Assembly (NCBI GenBank): GCA_937944105.1
Contig: CALDZP010000034.1
Location: 111,372 to 175,371 of the forward strand
Direction: 5' to 3'
Length of the DNA stretch: 64,000 nucleotides
DNA from: an uncultured Ignavibacteria bacterium
GTDB taxonomy: Bacteria; Bacteroidota; Ignavibacteria; Ch128b
The notes beneath the pieces were generated by a model. That model was given only the letters and a program-made list of their open reading frames with translations, was not told where the DNA came from and ran no database searches. Positions within the stretch are counted from its first letter, which is position 1, and every line of letters starts with the position of its first letter. The position numbers and the translations under genes are program-made. Shown here in pieces: positions 1 to 8,991 of this stretch.

Positions 1-2
1 AT

Positions 3-848
3 TCAGCAAGTTGTCCTGCAATAATTAATGCAAGCGAAGTATATACTTATTTACAAAATAATCCTTCAAAAATTTATATAATTGATGTGCGGGATTCATC
101 TACTTTTGTGAATAAAGGACACATTCGGGGAGCACATCGGGTCGATATTCCGAAAGTCCTGGATCATATAAAAACTTTGAATACTTCCAATTATGAAAAA
201 ATTGTTATAGTGTGTTACGCTGGTCAATCAGCGGGTTATGTGACAGGACTGTTAAGATTGATGGGTTACAATAATGTATTTTCATTAAAATATGGAATGA
301 GCTCCTGGCACCAAGTATTTGCTGAAGGATATTGGCTTGCAAATATCGGCAATTCGAGAAAAACACAATTTACTACGACGCCTACTCCGAAAAATCAACC
401 AGAAAATCTACCAGTATTAAACACTGGTAAGAAAACTGGTCCTGAAATTCTTGAAGTAAGAGTTAAAGAGTTATTAGCAGGTGGTTGGGATCCTGCAAGG
501 ATTAGCCATAGTGGTGTATTTACTAACCTTTCCAGTTATTACATTGTTAATTATTGGCCTGTTGATGATTACAATATGGGACATATTCCTGGTGCAGTTC
601 AGTATACTCCAAGAAGTGATTTGAAATCCACGACATATTTAAAAACTTTGCCAACTAACAAACCAATTGTAGTTTACTGCTATACTGGGCAGACAAGTGC
701 ACAAGTTGTAGCTTTCTTACGAGTTCTTGGTTATGATGCGAAATCTTTAATTTATGGAACAAATGCGATGATTTATGATGATATGCCCGGAGTAAAATTT
801 AATCAACAAACAGATATAATGAATTATGAGTATGTAACTGGTCCATAA
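3..848 (+). CDS. tandem rhodanese-domain sulfurtransferase (5' end cut by window edge)
   Basis: The frame is open from nt 3, with no stop before the GTG at 87 used by the ORF track. The upstream residues ...SKIYIIDVRDSSTF continue a rhodanese fold. There are two modules, each with a Cys active-site loop (VCYAGQSAG and YCYTGQTSA). Confidence 0.8.
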   Translation, partial: SASCPAIINASEVYTYLQNNPSKIYIIDVRDSSTFVNKGHIRGAHRVDIPKVLDHIKTLNTSNYEKIVIVCYAGQSAGYVTGLLRLMGYNNVFSLKYGMSSWHQVFAEGYWLANIGNSRKTQFTTTPTPKNQPENLPVLNTGKKTGPEILEVRVKELLAGGWDPARISHSGVFTNLSSYYIVNYWPVDDYNMGHIPGAVQYTPRSDLKSTTYLKTLPTNKPIVVYCYTGQTSAQVVAFLRVLGYDAKSLIYGTNAMIYDDMPGVKFNQQTDIMNYEYVTGP

Positions 849-857
849 TTTTTTTAA

Positions 858-890
858 AGGGGAGTTGGATTTTTAACTCCCCTCAAATTT
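858..890 (+). terminator. probable intrinsic terminator of the rhodanese gene
   Basis: Hairpin AGGGGAGTT (858-866) / AACTCCCCT (875-883) with an 8-nt loop. It is followed by CAAATTTTA, which is only a weak T tract. Confidence 0.55.
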
Positions 891-1077
891 TAAAGATTTT
901 ATATTAGAATTTAAAGGTCAATTTATATTATTTCATATTTCGTTTAATTCTGATTGAAAGCAAAAATTAATAAAGAGAATATTTAAATTTGTAATACAAA
1001 ATTTATTTGCCGATTAATGATTAACCATAATAAAAAATTAATTTTAATAAGTTTTAACAATTTATTGGAGGAGCGAG

Positions 1078-1629
1078 ATGAAAAGAATTCTTTTATTTAC
1101 AGCAATTGGAATATTAGCAACTATTCTATTTGGTTTTAGAACTCAAGATAATCAAAAAAAACATGGTTATATTGGGGTGGATGCTTGTGTAATGTGCCAT
1201 AAGACGGAGAAACAAGGTAAACAGTTAGACATCTGGAAAAATTCTGGTCATGCAAAAGCATATCAAACCTTATTAACAGAAGAAGCTGATAAAATTGCAA
1301 AAGACAACGGTTTTGAAACTCCAGCAGCTAAAACAGAAGCTTGCTTGAAATGTCATGCATCAGGTTATGATGTAGATGCTAGTTTACTTGGTAAAAAATT
1401 TAAGATTGAAGATGGTGTTCAGTGTGAGACCTGTCATGGTCCTGGATCAGATTATAAAGATATGAAGATAATGAAAGATAGATCTTTAGCAATAAAAAAC
1501 GGATTAATAGTTTATGAAGATTATAAAGAACTTTGCGTTAAATGCCATAATTCAGAGAGCCCAACTTACAAGGAAATAAATTTCGAAGAAGCATGGGAAA
1601 AAATTAAACATCCGGTTCCTAAAAATTAA
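1078..1629 (+). CDS. tetraheme c-type cytochrome (cytochrome c554-like family), secreted
   Basis: GGAGGA Shine-Dalgarno 6-7 nt upstream of the ATG. N-terminal signal/TM helix. Four CxxCH heme motifs: CVMCH, CLKCH, CETCH, CVKCH. Confidence 0.85.
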   Translation: MKRILLFTAIGILATILFGFRTQDNQKKHGYIGVDACVMCHKTEKQGKQLDIWKNSGHAKAYQTLLTEEADKIAKDNGFETPAAKTEACLKCHASGYDVDASLLGKKFKIEDGVQCETCHGPGSDYKDMKIMKDRSLAIKNGLIVYEDYKELCVKCHNSESPTYKEINFEEAWEKIKHPVPKN

Positions 1630-1658
1630 ACAGTACAATTTACTGTTGAGAGGAAAAA

Positions 1659-2114
1659 ATGAATAGAGAAGAATTAGAAATGACAGCTAAAAATCTCGCA
1701 GATCTAACATTCCGTTTACTTGCCAGCTGTCATGAAAAAGAGGAAAGGTTAGCAAAATCTCATAATCTCACTCAAGCAGAATTCCGTTGCTTGAAGAGTA
1801 TGCAAGAAGGAGAAATTATTAATAACAGAGAAATTGCAAATAGACTTAGATTGAGTGCCAGTAGATTAACAAGAATTATTGATGGTCTTGTTCAAAAAGG
1901 ATTTGTTGTTCGGGAAATCGATCCAATGGATAGAAGGAATATGAGGCTTTATCTTTCACAGAAAGGCGTTGAATTTGTAAAAAAGATGAATGATGACTAC
2001 ATACTAATTCATAAGGAAATACTTGAAAATATAGAGAACGAACAACATCAGCCGCTAATAACAGCAATGACTCAACTACTTTCTGCTCTGGAAAAATGGA
2101 TTTCTAAGAGTTAG
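1659..2114 (+). CDS. MarR-family transcriptional regulator
   Basis: About 150 aa with a winged-HTH core (REIANRLRLSASRLTRIIDGLVQKGFVVREIDPMDRRNMRLYLSQKG) typical of MarR. It starts 29 nt downstream of the cytochrome gene. Confidence 0.8.
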   Translation: MNREELEMTAKNLADLTFRLLASCHEKEERLAKSHNLTQAEFRCLKSMQEGEIINNREIANRLRLSASRLTRIIDGLVQKGFVVREIDPMDRRNMRLYLSQKGVEFVKKMNDDYILIHKEILENIENEQHQPLITAMTQLLSALEKWISKS

Positions 2115-2127
2115 ATGTAAGTATCTT

Positions 2128-2164
2128 AGCGATTTCTTCTAAATTGAAGAAATCGCTTTTTTTA
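2128..2164 (+). terminator. intrinsic terminator after the MarR gene
   Basis: Perfect 12-bp stem AGCGATTTCTTC (2128-2139) / GAAGAAATCGCT (2146-2157), 6-nt loop, followed by a T7 run. Confidence 0.85.
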
Positions 2165-2254
2165 TTTAATCTACTCAATTTTGATTGGCTCTTAAGGGAA
2201 TCTTAAGTTTTTGGATCTATCTAATTTTCAAAGATTAAAATTTAATTTTTGAGA

Positions 2255-3178
2255 CTAATCTATTCCAAAAATCTCAGCAATACTTTCCTGAACATCTGAT
2301 TTGAACTCGCTTTCATATTTAGCATCAAAAACATAAGCTTTTATTTGAAATTCCAACTTTCCTCTGTCATTCAGACCTTTATAAACTATTTCAACAGGTC
2401 TGTTAATAGAATTATAAATGGAAAGAGATACTATTTCACTTAAACTTGATTTGATTTTTGAAATATCAGATCTAGGAGAAACTTCAACCACAAAACTTAC
2501 CTTCTTATTCTTTGAAATAATATTTAAATTTTCAAATGCATTTGTAATAAAGTAATAGTTTGGTATTGTAATTAAAGAATCATCTTCTGAAATAATTTCT
2601 GTCGTTCTCAAATTTTTAGCTCTGACTTTCCCAGAATAATTTCCAATTTTAATCCAGTCGCCATACTCAAATGGTTTATCCAGCAATATTAACAGTCCCC
2701 CAATTATATTTTTAGCCAGATCACTAAAAGAAATTATTGAGACAATAACTATAAAAATTAAAAAAAGTAAAAATAAAAAGATTGAAGATTTAAGTACTAA
2801 CGAGAAAATTAATGAAATTGTTAAAACCCATACTAATACATGAAGAGCAACTTTTAGTAAGTCAGCGTTTTTAAATCGCTTTGAAAAATTATATTTATTG
2901 TAAAGTATATTTATTCTATAATTAAGATAACTCATTAAAAAAACTAACAGAAGAACAAGTAATAACTTCCAGATATACAAGTTAAATTCATTAATTGATT
3001 TTTGAATTGAACCAATTAAATCGAAATATTTATTTGACCCAGTAGTTTTTTCTTGAACGATTACTCTTAGAGTTTCAACTTTAACCGAATTAGTTCCAAT
3101 GCTGTGCTGCTTGATGAGAGTATCGGGATTAATTAACTGAGTCTGTAAAAGAAAATAGATACAAGTTAGTATTTTCAT
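2255..3178 (-). CDS. MscS-family mechanosensitive ion channel
   Basis: TM helices followed by the MscS beta-domain signature GGLLILLDKPFEYGDWIKIGNYSGKVRAKNLRTTEIISEDDSLITIPN. I prefer the ATG at 3178 (MKILTC...) over the TTG at 3187 in the ORF track. That ATG sits 1 nt after the TGA of the upstream gene. Confidence 0.85.
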   Translation of the reverse strand: MKILTCIYFLLQTQLINPDTLIKQHSIGTNSVKVETLRVIVQEKTTGSNKYFDLIGSIQKSINEFNLYIWKLLLVLLLVFLMSYLNYRINILYNKYNFSKRFKNADLLKVALHVLVWVLTISLIFSLVLKSSIFLFLLFLIFIVIVSIISFSDLAKNIIGGLLILLDKPFEYGDWIKIGNYSGKVRAKNLRTTEIISEDDSLITIPNYYFITNAFENLNIISKNKKVSFVVEVSPRSDISKIKSSLSEIVSLSIYNSINRPVEIVYKGLNDRGKLEFQIKAYVFDAKYESEFKSDVQESIAEIFGID

Positions 3179-3179
3179 A

Positions 3180-6100
3180 TCAATCAAATATATGCAATTT
3201 TCTTAGTTCGATTTCAACTGGTTTATAAATTGCTGGATTAATAAAATAAATTTTTTCTCCTCTTTCATTCATATCGAATTGTATTAGGTTTGCAGAATTT
3301 AGAAAGTTTAATATGCCTTTTGATTTCTCATCATCACATTTGAATATTTCTTGGTGTTCTTTTATCGTTAAACTTCCATGTTGAATTAGATTAGAAAGAG
3401 TTAATAACATTTCAATATCGAAATTTTCAAGATACCTAAAATCTAATTTTTTAAGAGGTTTGATGTAAACGGTATCATTTTTAAAATCTTTTATTGATTT
3501 CATCCAATAAAATAGTGCAGATGTTATATTGCCTTCACATGCTTGATAAAGTTCATTAAAAAATTCTTCTTCTAGGGCTATTTGGTGATCTTGATGAAGA
3601 AGTGAGTATTTTAATTTTTTATGAACTTTATATTCCTCATCCGTAAGAAATTCTAAATTGTAACCAGAAGTTTTGTGTCGTTTTAATATAGCATCTTTAA
3701 TTTGTTCTTTAGAAAGTACTTCGGTTTTTAATTGAAAGGGGAAATAATTTCCGATATTCAAAATTCTATTTAATAGTTGCCATGCGTGGTAAGAGATTGA
3801 AACAATCCAGAAAATTTTATTACTTGTTTCTGAAATAATCAGAAGTAATTTTTTCATTGCTTCTAAGCCACCAAACTTACGAAGATAAATTTTATGTATA
3901 TCTTCAAGAATAATGATATTATACTTTGGCTCTAAATTAAGTTCGCTTATAATTTCGTCGGATGTTGCTATGTAATTCATACCAAGCATATCAGAAAGGA
4001 TTTTTAGCAATTCTTTTTCTGTAAGTATAGTTTTTTCAAAATTATATCGGTGAATATTTGTATCCGTATGGATTTTTGACAAAAAGGAACTTATCAAACT
4101 ACTTTTACCTGTTCCGCTTTCTCCAATTATTGCTGTGGAACCTGAAAGTCCTTTTTGATTTCTTTCAAAAGCCTGATTTATTAATTTTTTTTCTTTTTCT
4201 CTGCCTACAAGTATTTCTACTATTTCAGAAGATGTATAATCAAATAGTTTTTTGTAGACAAATGGTAATGAGTTATAGACTTTTTCATCGTAAACGGTCT
4301 GGTCATATAAATAAATAACTACGCTTTTCCCTTCTAAATCTACTGCAAAAAATTCTTTAACTTCTCTTACCAGTGGTTTTAAGTATCGGTTAGTTTTTCT
4401 ACTAATTAATAGATAGATCTTTTTGAAAAGAAGATAAAGTTCTTTGAGTTTATGATTAAGTTTAAGAATTAGAAACTGTGATTTGGAGATCTCTATTTGC
4501 TTTTCAAGTTTTTCGGTTAATTCTTTTCGAAAAGATTCTTTAATATTTGAAATTTGACTGTAGATTTTTTCTGTTAATGAAATTTCAACTTCTCTTTCAA
4601 ATTTTTCGACTTGCCGAGCCCAAACTTTTAATTTTTCTCGTAATAATTTTGTCGATGCTTTAAGAGTATCATCAACGATTTTTAAGATTTCTTCGTTAAC
4701 TCTGTCTTTAATTTTATCAGTTTTAAGTTTATTAAGCTCGTCAATAGCAATGTTAAAGTGATAGTAAATTACATTTTCGATGTTTTTAAGTTCGAGGATT
4801 GAGCTACTCAAATGACCGGAAATTATTTCGTTAAGCTTGATTAGTTCTTGAAGGATTTCGTTTTCGAAGTAATTTTTGATTATTTCAGGGAGATGTAATG
4901 TCTTCAACTCAATGTATTTAGTACGAGTTTCTTTTAGTTCAAAATCCTTTTCATCGAGAACTTTTATCTCTTTTTCATAATCTTTAATTATGAAATTAAA
5001 TTTATCTTTTAAAGAATTAATAATGTTTGTAATATTTTGAGTTTTTTTAATGAATGTGAGTTTACTAATACCTTTTTCGTTTAATACAAGAATTATTTCA
5101 TCACGATATTTTGAAATAAGATTTTCGATTTTTAATAAGTTCTCAAATTTTAAGAATTCTTTATTTGATATTTCTTTTTCGAAAGTTTTGAAAAGAGAGT
5201 CTAATTCTGAGATAAGATTTCTGATATGATTGTTTATCATATCAGAGTAATTAATCATTGTATCGTTAATGAGTAAATTTATTTTCCCGGTAATTTCAAA
5301 AGTACGAGCATCTCTTTCGCAAACCCCAAGAAATCCAATTAGATAGTTTACCCAGAACCTTATAGTTTCCAGTGTAGTTTCTTTAGCTTTAATTGATTCT
5401 GAATAGATCTTTGAAAAATGGAATTTTTTAATATTTAGTTCAATTGTGCCTGCTTTAAGAATTGATTTGAGAAATTGATTGAAAGGATTAGCAAATGCAT
5501 AATTAAGTCGAGTACTTATATTTTTATTCGATAATTCAATTTCTTCTCCGATAGAAGAAATTTCCTGTTTTAATCTCTCATGAATTTCATTTAATTTATC
5601 AACAGCTAACAATGAAACAGCTTCGACATCTTTGTGTTCAGCTATGAGATTAGTTAACTCTTCAAGATTTAATGTCACATCATCGTAAATTTTCTTTACT
5701 TTTCGAAGAACATTTAATCTTTCAAGTCCTAAAAGAAAAGCTACCTTTTCCATCTCAAGTGCGATTTGGTATTCAAAGTAATATTTAACTAAAGTAACAT
5801 AAGGTATTTTTCTTTTCAGGAAAGATTTAAAACCTAAGGTTTTTCTGATTTTTCTATTAATTCGTTTAATAGATTTAGAGAATTTAACTAGATAACTATC
5901 ATCAATTTCAGTTTCGTATTTATCTTTTTCCTGTTCAACTACAACAAAATCTGGAGCAGATTCGCAGTAATCTTTTAAATCATCAAATAATTTTTGAAGT
6001 AGAAATTCAGCATTTAAGATTTGTTGTTCAACTGATTTTCTTTGGATACTAACTTTTGCAAACCATTCAGAGATTTCTTGTTGAGTTAAAAGAACTTTTT

Positions 6101-7709
6101 CTTTGATTTCTTTGCCGGATATTTTGCCACTGGTAAAAATATTTTTAAGTTGTTGGTATTCATCAATGTATTTTTCAACTATTTGATAATAAAACTCGAG
6201 AGCTTCTTCGCTTCTCTTGTTAATTAAAATATTTTCAAATTCTTGAAGATGTGATATTAAGTTTTCCCTGAGAGAAATTATAAGTTCATTTAATGATTTA
6301 TCTTCAAATTGTGGAACATTGAATTTTTTATATGGTGTTATTTGCTCTGTAAATTCATATTCAATTTTTTTATCTTTTTCTGTAAATGCGCGATTCCAGG
6401 CTTTGTTGTATTTTTTAATTGCTAACTTGAATAATGCAGGTCCGAACAGAAGATTCAAGCTCACCACCGAAATAATAATTGGGAATAAGTATTCACCAAT
6501 TTGCGGGATTCGAGAAATTATAAAAATTGTTAAACCAATAACAATTGATGATTGAGATATAAAACCAAGCCATAAATTATTTTTCAGTTCGGTTTCTTTG
6601 CCCGTTATTCTAAGTGCCATTCTTGTTGAAAGAAATATAATCAGTGTTCTTACAATAAAAATGATTAGAGCAATCTGATACGTATAAACAAGTAATTTAA
6701 TGTTTAAACTTGCACCCACTATAGTAAAGAAAACGACAAAAATTAACATCGATAACTTTTCAATAGATTCAATTAACTCATCGTCAAATTTTGAGTAATT
6801 TTTTAAAACAAAACCAGTTATGATGAAAACAAGAAATGTATTTAGTTGTAGGTATTCACTTATTCTTGAGCCAATAAGGATAAACGCTAAAAGGAAAATA
6901 AATTTTTCGGATTTAATGAATTTTAAATATCCAATTGCAATTAAACCTAAAATAATTCCAAATATTATTGAAAGTAGAACTTCTTGAAGAATTGTGAAAA
7001 ACCTTAAAGAGTCAAATCCAATGCTTTGAAAATTTAATATTGAATTAGAAATACTAAAAAGAAATCCAAGTAAAATTGCAATTACAATATCTTTTATTAC
7101 AGCAGTGTTTAAAACTAATTTTGAAAGTTTACTTCTATCACCTGTTTCATTCATTACTGCGATTGTTACTGCAGGAGAAGTTTCAATCATTAATAAACTT
7201 ACTAACAGACTTAACAGAATCAAATTGTTGAAACTTATATTTTTTAAAAACTCAACTTGTGGTGAAATAATAATCAATAATAAAGTGATGATAGACAGAG
7301 TTGCAATGACTTTAAAGAGGACAATAAATGAAATTGTTCTTTTTTCAATTTTCAGATCTTTAATATTAATTTCACTACCAGCATATAATGATATTAACCC
7401 AATTGCCAATCCATTTAATAATTTTAGGTCGTTAATAGCCAAATCAGAAAAGATGCCTAAAAGTTTTGTTTTGAAAATAATATCCGAATATGGTCCAAAA
7501 ATTACTCCAGCAATTAAATAACCAATTATTTTTGGAATACCTAATAAATTTGTTAATTCACCAAAAGAAAAAGCGGCAAGTAAGATAAAACCAAGAGCAA
7601 TTAAAGTTTCAGCATGAAAATTTAAAGAATCTGAGGGCTGCAATAGTTTGAAAGCAACTATTAAAAAAATTAATAGAATGATTACTAAAAATCTTCGCAA
7701 AATGGACAT
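3180..7709 (-). CDS. 1509-aa fusion: N-terminal cation/proton-antiporter-like polytopic membrane domain, ~650-aa coiled coil, C-terminal ORC/Cdc6-type P-loop ATPase with winged-helix-like tail
   Basis: Uninterrupted 4.5-kb ORF. Residues ~1-440 are polytopic, with a Na_H_Exchanger-like start (GELTNLLGIPKIIGYLIAGVIFGP). Residues ~445-1130 are K/E/I/L-rich heptad-like sequence. Then LVGREKEKKLINQAF followed by Walker A GESGTGKSS (nt 4098-4124) and Walker B IIILEDIH (~nt 3900-3925). The C-terminal ~90 aa look like a helix-turn-helix/winged helix (LSNLIQHGSLTIKEHQEIF...ILNFLNSANLIQ). Confidence 0.75.
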   Translation of the reverse strand: MSILRRFLVIILLIFLIVAFKLLQPSDSLNFHAETLIALGFILLAAFSFGELTNLLGIPKIIGYLIAGVIFGPYSDIIFKTKLLGIFSDLAINDLKLLNGLAIGLISLYAGSEINIKDLKIEKRTISFIVLFKVIATLSIITLLLIIISPQVEFLKNISFNNLILLSLLVSLLMIETSPAVTIAVMNETGDRSKLSKLVLNTAVIKDIVIAILLGFLFSISNSILNFQSIGFDSLRFFTILQEVLLSIIFGIILGLIAIGYLKFIKSEKFIFLLAFILIGSRISEYLQLNTFLVFIITGFVLKNYSKFDDELIESIEKLSMLIFVVFFTIVGASLNIKLLVYTYQIALIIFIVRTLIIFLSTRMALRITGKETELKNNLWLGFISQSSIVIGLTIFIISRIPQIGEYLFPIIISVVSLNLLFGPALFKLAIKKYNKAWNRAFTEKDKKIEYEFTEQITPYKKFNVPQFEDKSLNELIISLRENLISHLQEFENILINKRSEEALEFYYQIVEKYIDEYQQLKNIFTSGKISGKEIKEKVLLTQQEISEWFAKVSIQRKSVEQQILNAEFLLQKLFDDLKDYCESAPDFVVVEQEKDKYETEIDDSYLVKFSKSIKRINRKIRKTLGFKSFLKRKIPYVTLVKYYFEYQIALEMEKVAFLLGLERLNVLRKVKKIYDDVTLNLEELTNLIAEHKDVEAVSLLAVDKLNEIHERLKQEISSIGEEIELSNKNISTRLNYAFANPFNQFLKSILKAGTIELNIKKFHFSKIYSESIKAKETTLETIRFWVNYLIGFLGVCERDARTFEITGKINLLINDTMINYSDMINNHIRNLISELDSLFKTFEKEISNKEFLKFENLLKIENLISKYRDEIILVLNEKGISKLTFIKKTQNITNIINSLKDKFNFIIKDYEKEIKVLDEKDFELKETRTKYIELKTLHLPEIIKNYFENEILQELIKLNEIISGHLSSSILELKNIENVIYYHFNIAIDELNKLKTDKIKDRVNEEILKIVDDTLKASTKLLREKLKVWARQVEKFEREVEISLTEKIYSQISNIKESFRKELTEKLEKQIEISKSQFLILKLNHKLKELYLLFKKIYLLISRKTNRYLKPLVREVKEFFAVDLEGKSVVIYLYDQTVYDEKVYNSLPFVYKKLFDYTSSEIVEILVGREKEKKLINQAFERNQKGLSGSTAIIGESGTGKSSLISSFLSKIHTDTNIHRYNFEKTILTEKELLKILSDMLGMNYIATSDEIISELNLEPKYNIIILEDIHKIYLRKFGGLEAMKKLLLIISETSNKIFWIVSISYHAWQLLNRILNIGNYFPFQLKTEVLSKEQIKDAILKRHKTSGYNLEFLTDEEYKVHKKLKYSLLHQDHQIALEEEFFNELYQACEGNITSALFYWMKSIKDFKNDTVYIKPLKKLDFRYLENFDIEMLLTLSNLIQHGSLTIKEHQEIFKCDDEKSKGILNFLNSANLIQFDMNERGEKIYFINPAIYKPVEIELRKLHIFD

Positions 7710-7710
7710 A

Positions 7711-8943
7711 TTATTTTATCTCGTTAAGATCTATTAATAAGTCTTTAGTAATTTTTGTAGAAAAAATTTCATTAATCAAAACCGCAAATACAATGATAGA
7801 AAAAATTGTATTGCTCAATTGATTATTGAAGATCTGTTGGTAATTGACCATTATAGCTATAGCAATAATTCCTTGAGTATTTAGTCCCTTACCAATGATT
7901 TGATTGAATTTTGTTTTATCAAAAGAAGCCTTATATGCAACCCAGCCACTGAAGTATTTTATGAAATATCTGAGGAACAAATAAGCTAAAAGTCCAAAGA
8001 TAAAAATTAGAAAATTATCAATTCTAATCAGTGCACCTGCATATATTAAAATAATGACATAGAAATGATATTCCAGTTTCTTGAAAAGTTCAATTATCAA
8101 TTCCTTTGATTTGTAGAAATTTCCAATTACAAGACCAACAATTAAATTTATGAACAATGGCGATAGATTTAAATAGTAAGCTGAACCAGAAGTAAAAATA
8201 ATAATGCCGAGAATTGCAATTAATAATTTATTCTCGTTTTCTTCACGTTCAAGAAAAATAAAAAATAAGAATCCAAGAAAAAGTCCAATAAATATACTAA
8301 CAACAAACCATTCAACTGGAGTGATTGAAATGATACCTGTAGATCCAGAATGGAATATTGAAAACATCAATCCAAGAATAAAAAGTGAGAGAAAATTGTT
8401 GAGTTTTGGAATTAAGAATAGAGTGTGAAAATTTTTTCCTTCTATTTGAAATTTATTTTTTAATGATTCCAGAACCGAATGCGAAAGAGTTGAAGATGTA
8501 ATTCCAATAATTAATGAATTAGTTAATAAACTGTTAAGGGTCATGAGATTCTTATAAAAATGTTCCATAATCAAAAAACTGATGCCACTCATTAGAAGTG
8601 TGGATAAAAAAACATCAAAGAGAGAAAGTTTAAAGTGCTCAATCGAATAATTCAAAAGATCTTTAATTCGAAATTGAAATCCCACTGAAAAGCCAACTGA
8701 ACCAAGGATTGCGGCAATTACAGGTTCAAGTTGAACAGTCCCTTCTCCAGAAAGAAGTACTGGAAGAGAAATTCCAAAATTCTTATTAATGAAATTTATA
8801 AAAGGCTCACCAATTAAAATACCAATAAAAAGAAACTCCAGTCCTGTGAAGAAGAGGAATTTTTTCTGTAACTTTTTATTTACAAAATTTAAAGAAAGAA
8901 AGCCCGCAATAACAAGCAAAATTAAAAGTAGAAATGTATCCAT
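7711..8943 (-). CDS. polytopic membrane protein, cation/proton-antiporter-like
   Basis: 410 aa, hydrophobic throughout (10 or more predicted helices by eye), with no soluble domain. Its stop is 1 nt from the ATG of the 1509-aa gene. Confidence 0.6.
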   Translation of the reverse strand: MDTFLLLILLVIAGFLSLNFVNKKLQKKFLFFTGLEFLFIGILIGEPFINFINKNFGISLPVLLSGEGTVQLEPVIAAILGSVGFSVGFQFRIKDLLNYSIEHFKLSLFDVFLSTLLMSGISFLIMEHFYKNLMTLNSLLTNSLIIGITSSTLSHSVLESLKNKFQIEGKNFHTLFLIPKLNNFLSLFILGLMFSIFHSGSTGIISITPVEWFVVSIFIGLFLGFLFFIFLEREENENKLLIAILGIIIFTSGSAYYLNLSPLFINLIVGLVIGNFYKSKELIIELFKKLEYHFYVIILIYAGALIRIDNFLIFIFGLLAYLFLRYFIKYFSGWVAYKASFDKTKFNQIIGKGLNTQGIIAIAIMVNYQQIFNNQLSNTIFSIIVFAVLINEIFSTKITKDLLIDLNEIK

Positions 8944-8991
8944 CTCTTATTTTATTTATTAAAAATCTCTACAAATATGCAAATCGTTAAA

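Noticed and set aside
4058-8428. Antisense ORFs inside the giant gene and its neighbour (4058-4318, 6319-6555, 7105-7521, 8204-8428)
   Set aside because: They are embedded opposite long, motif-supported CDSs. Their products are low-complexity and have no recognisable motifs or ribosome-binding sites. Antisense frames of K/E/I/L-rich genes are often open by chance.
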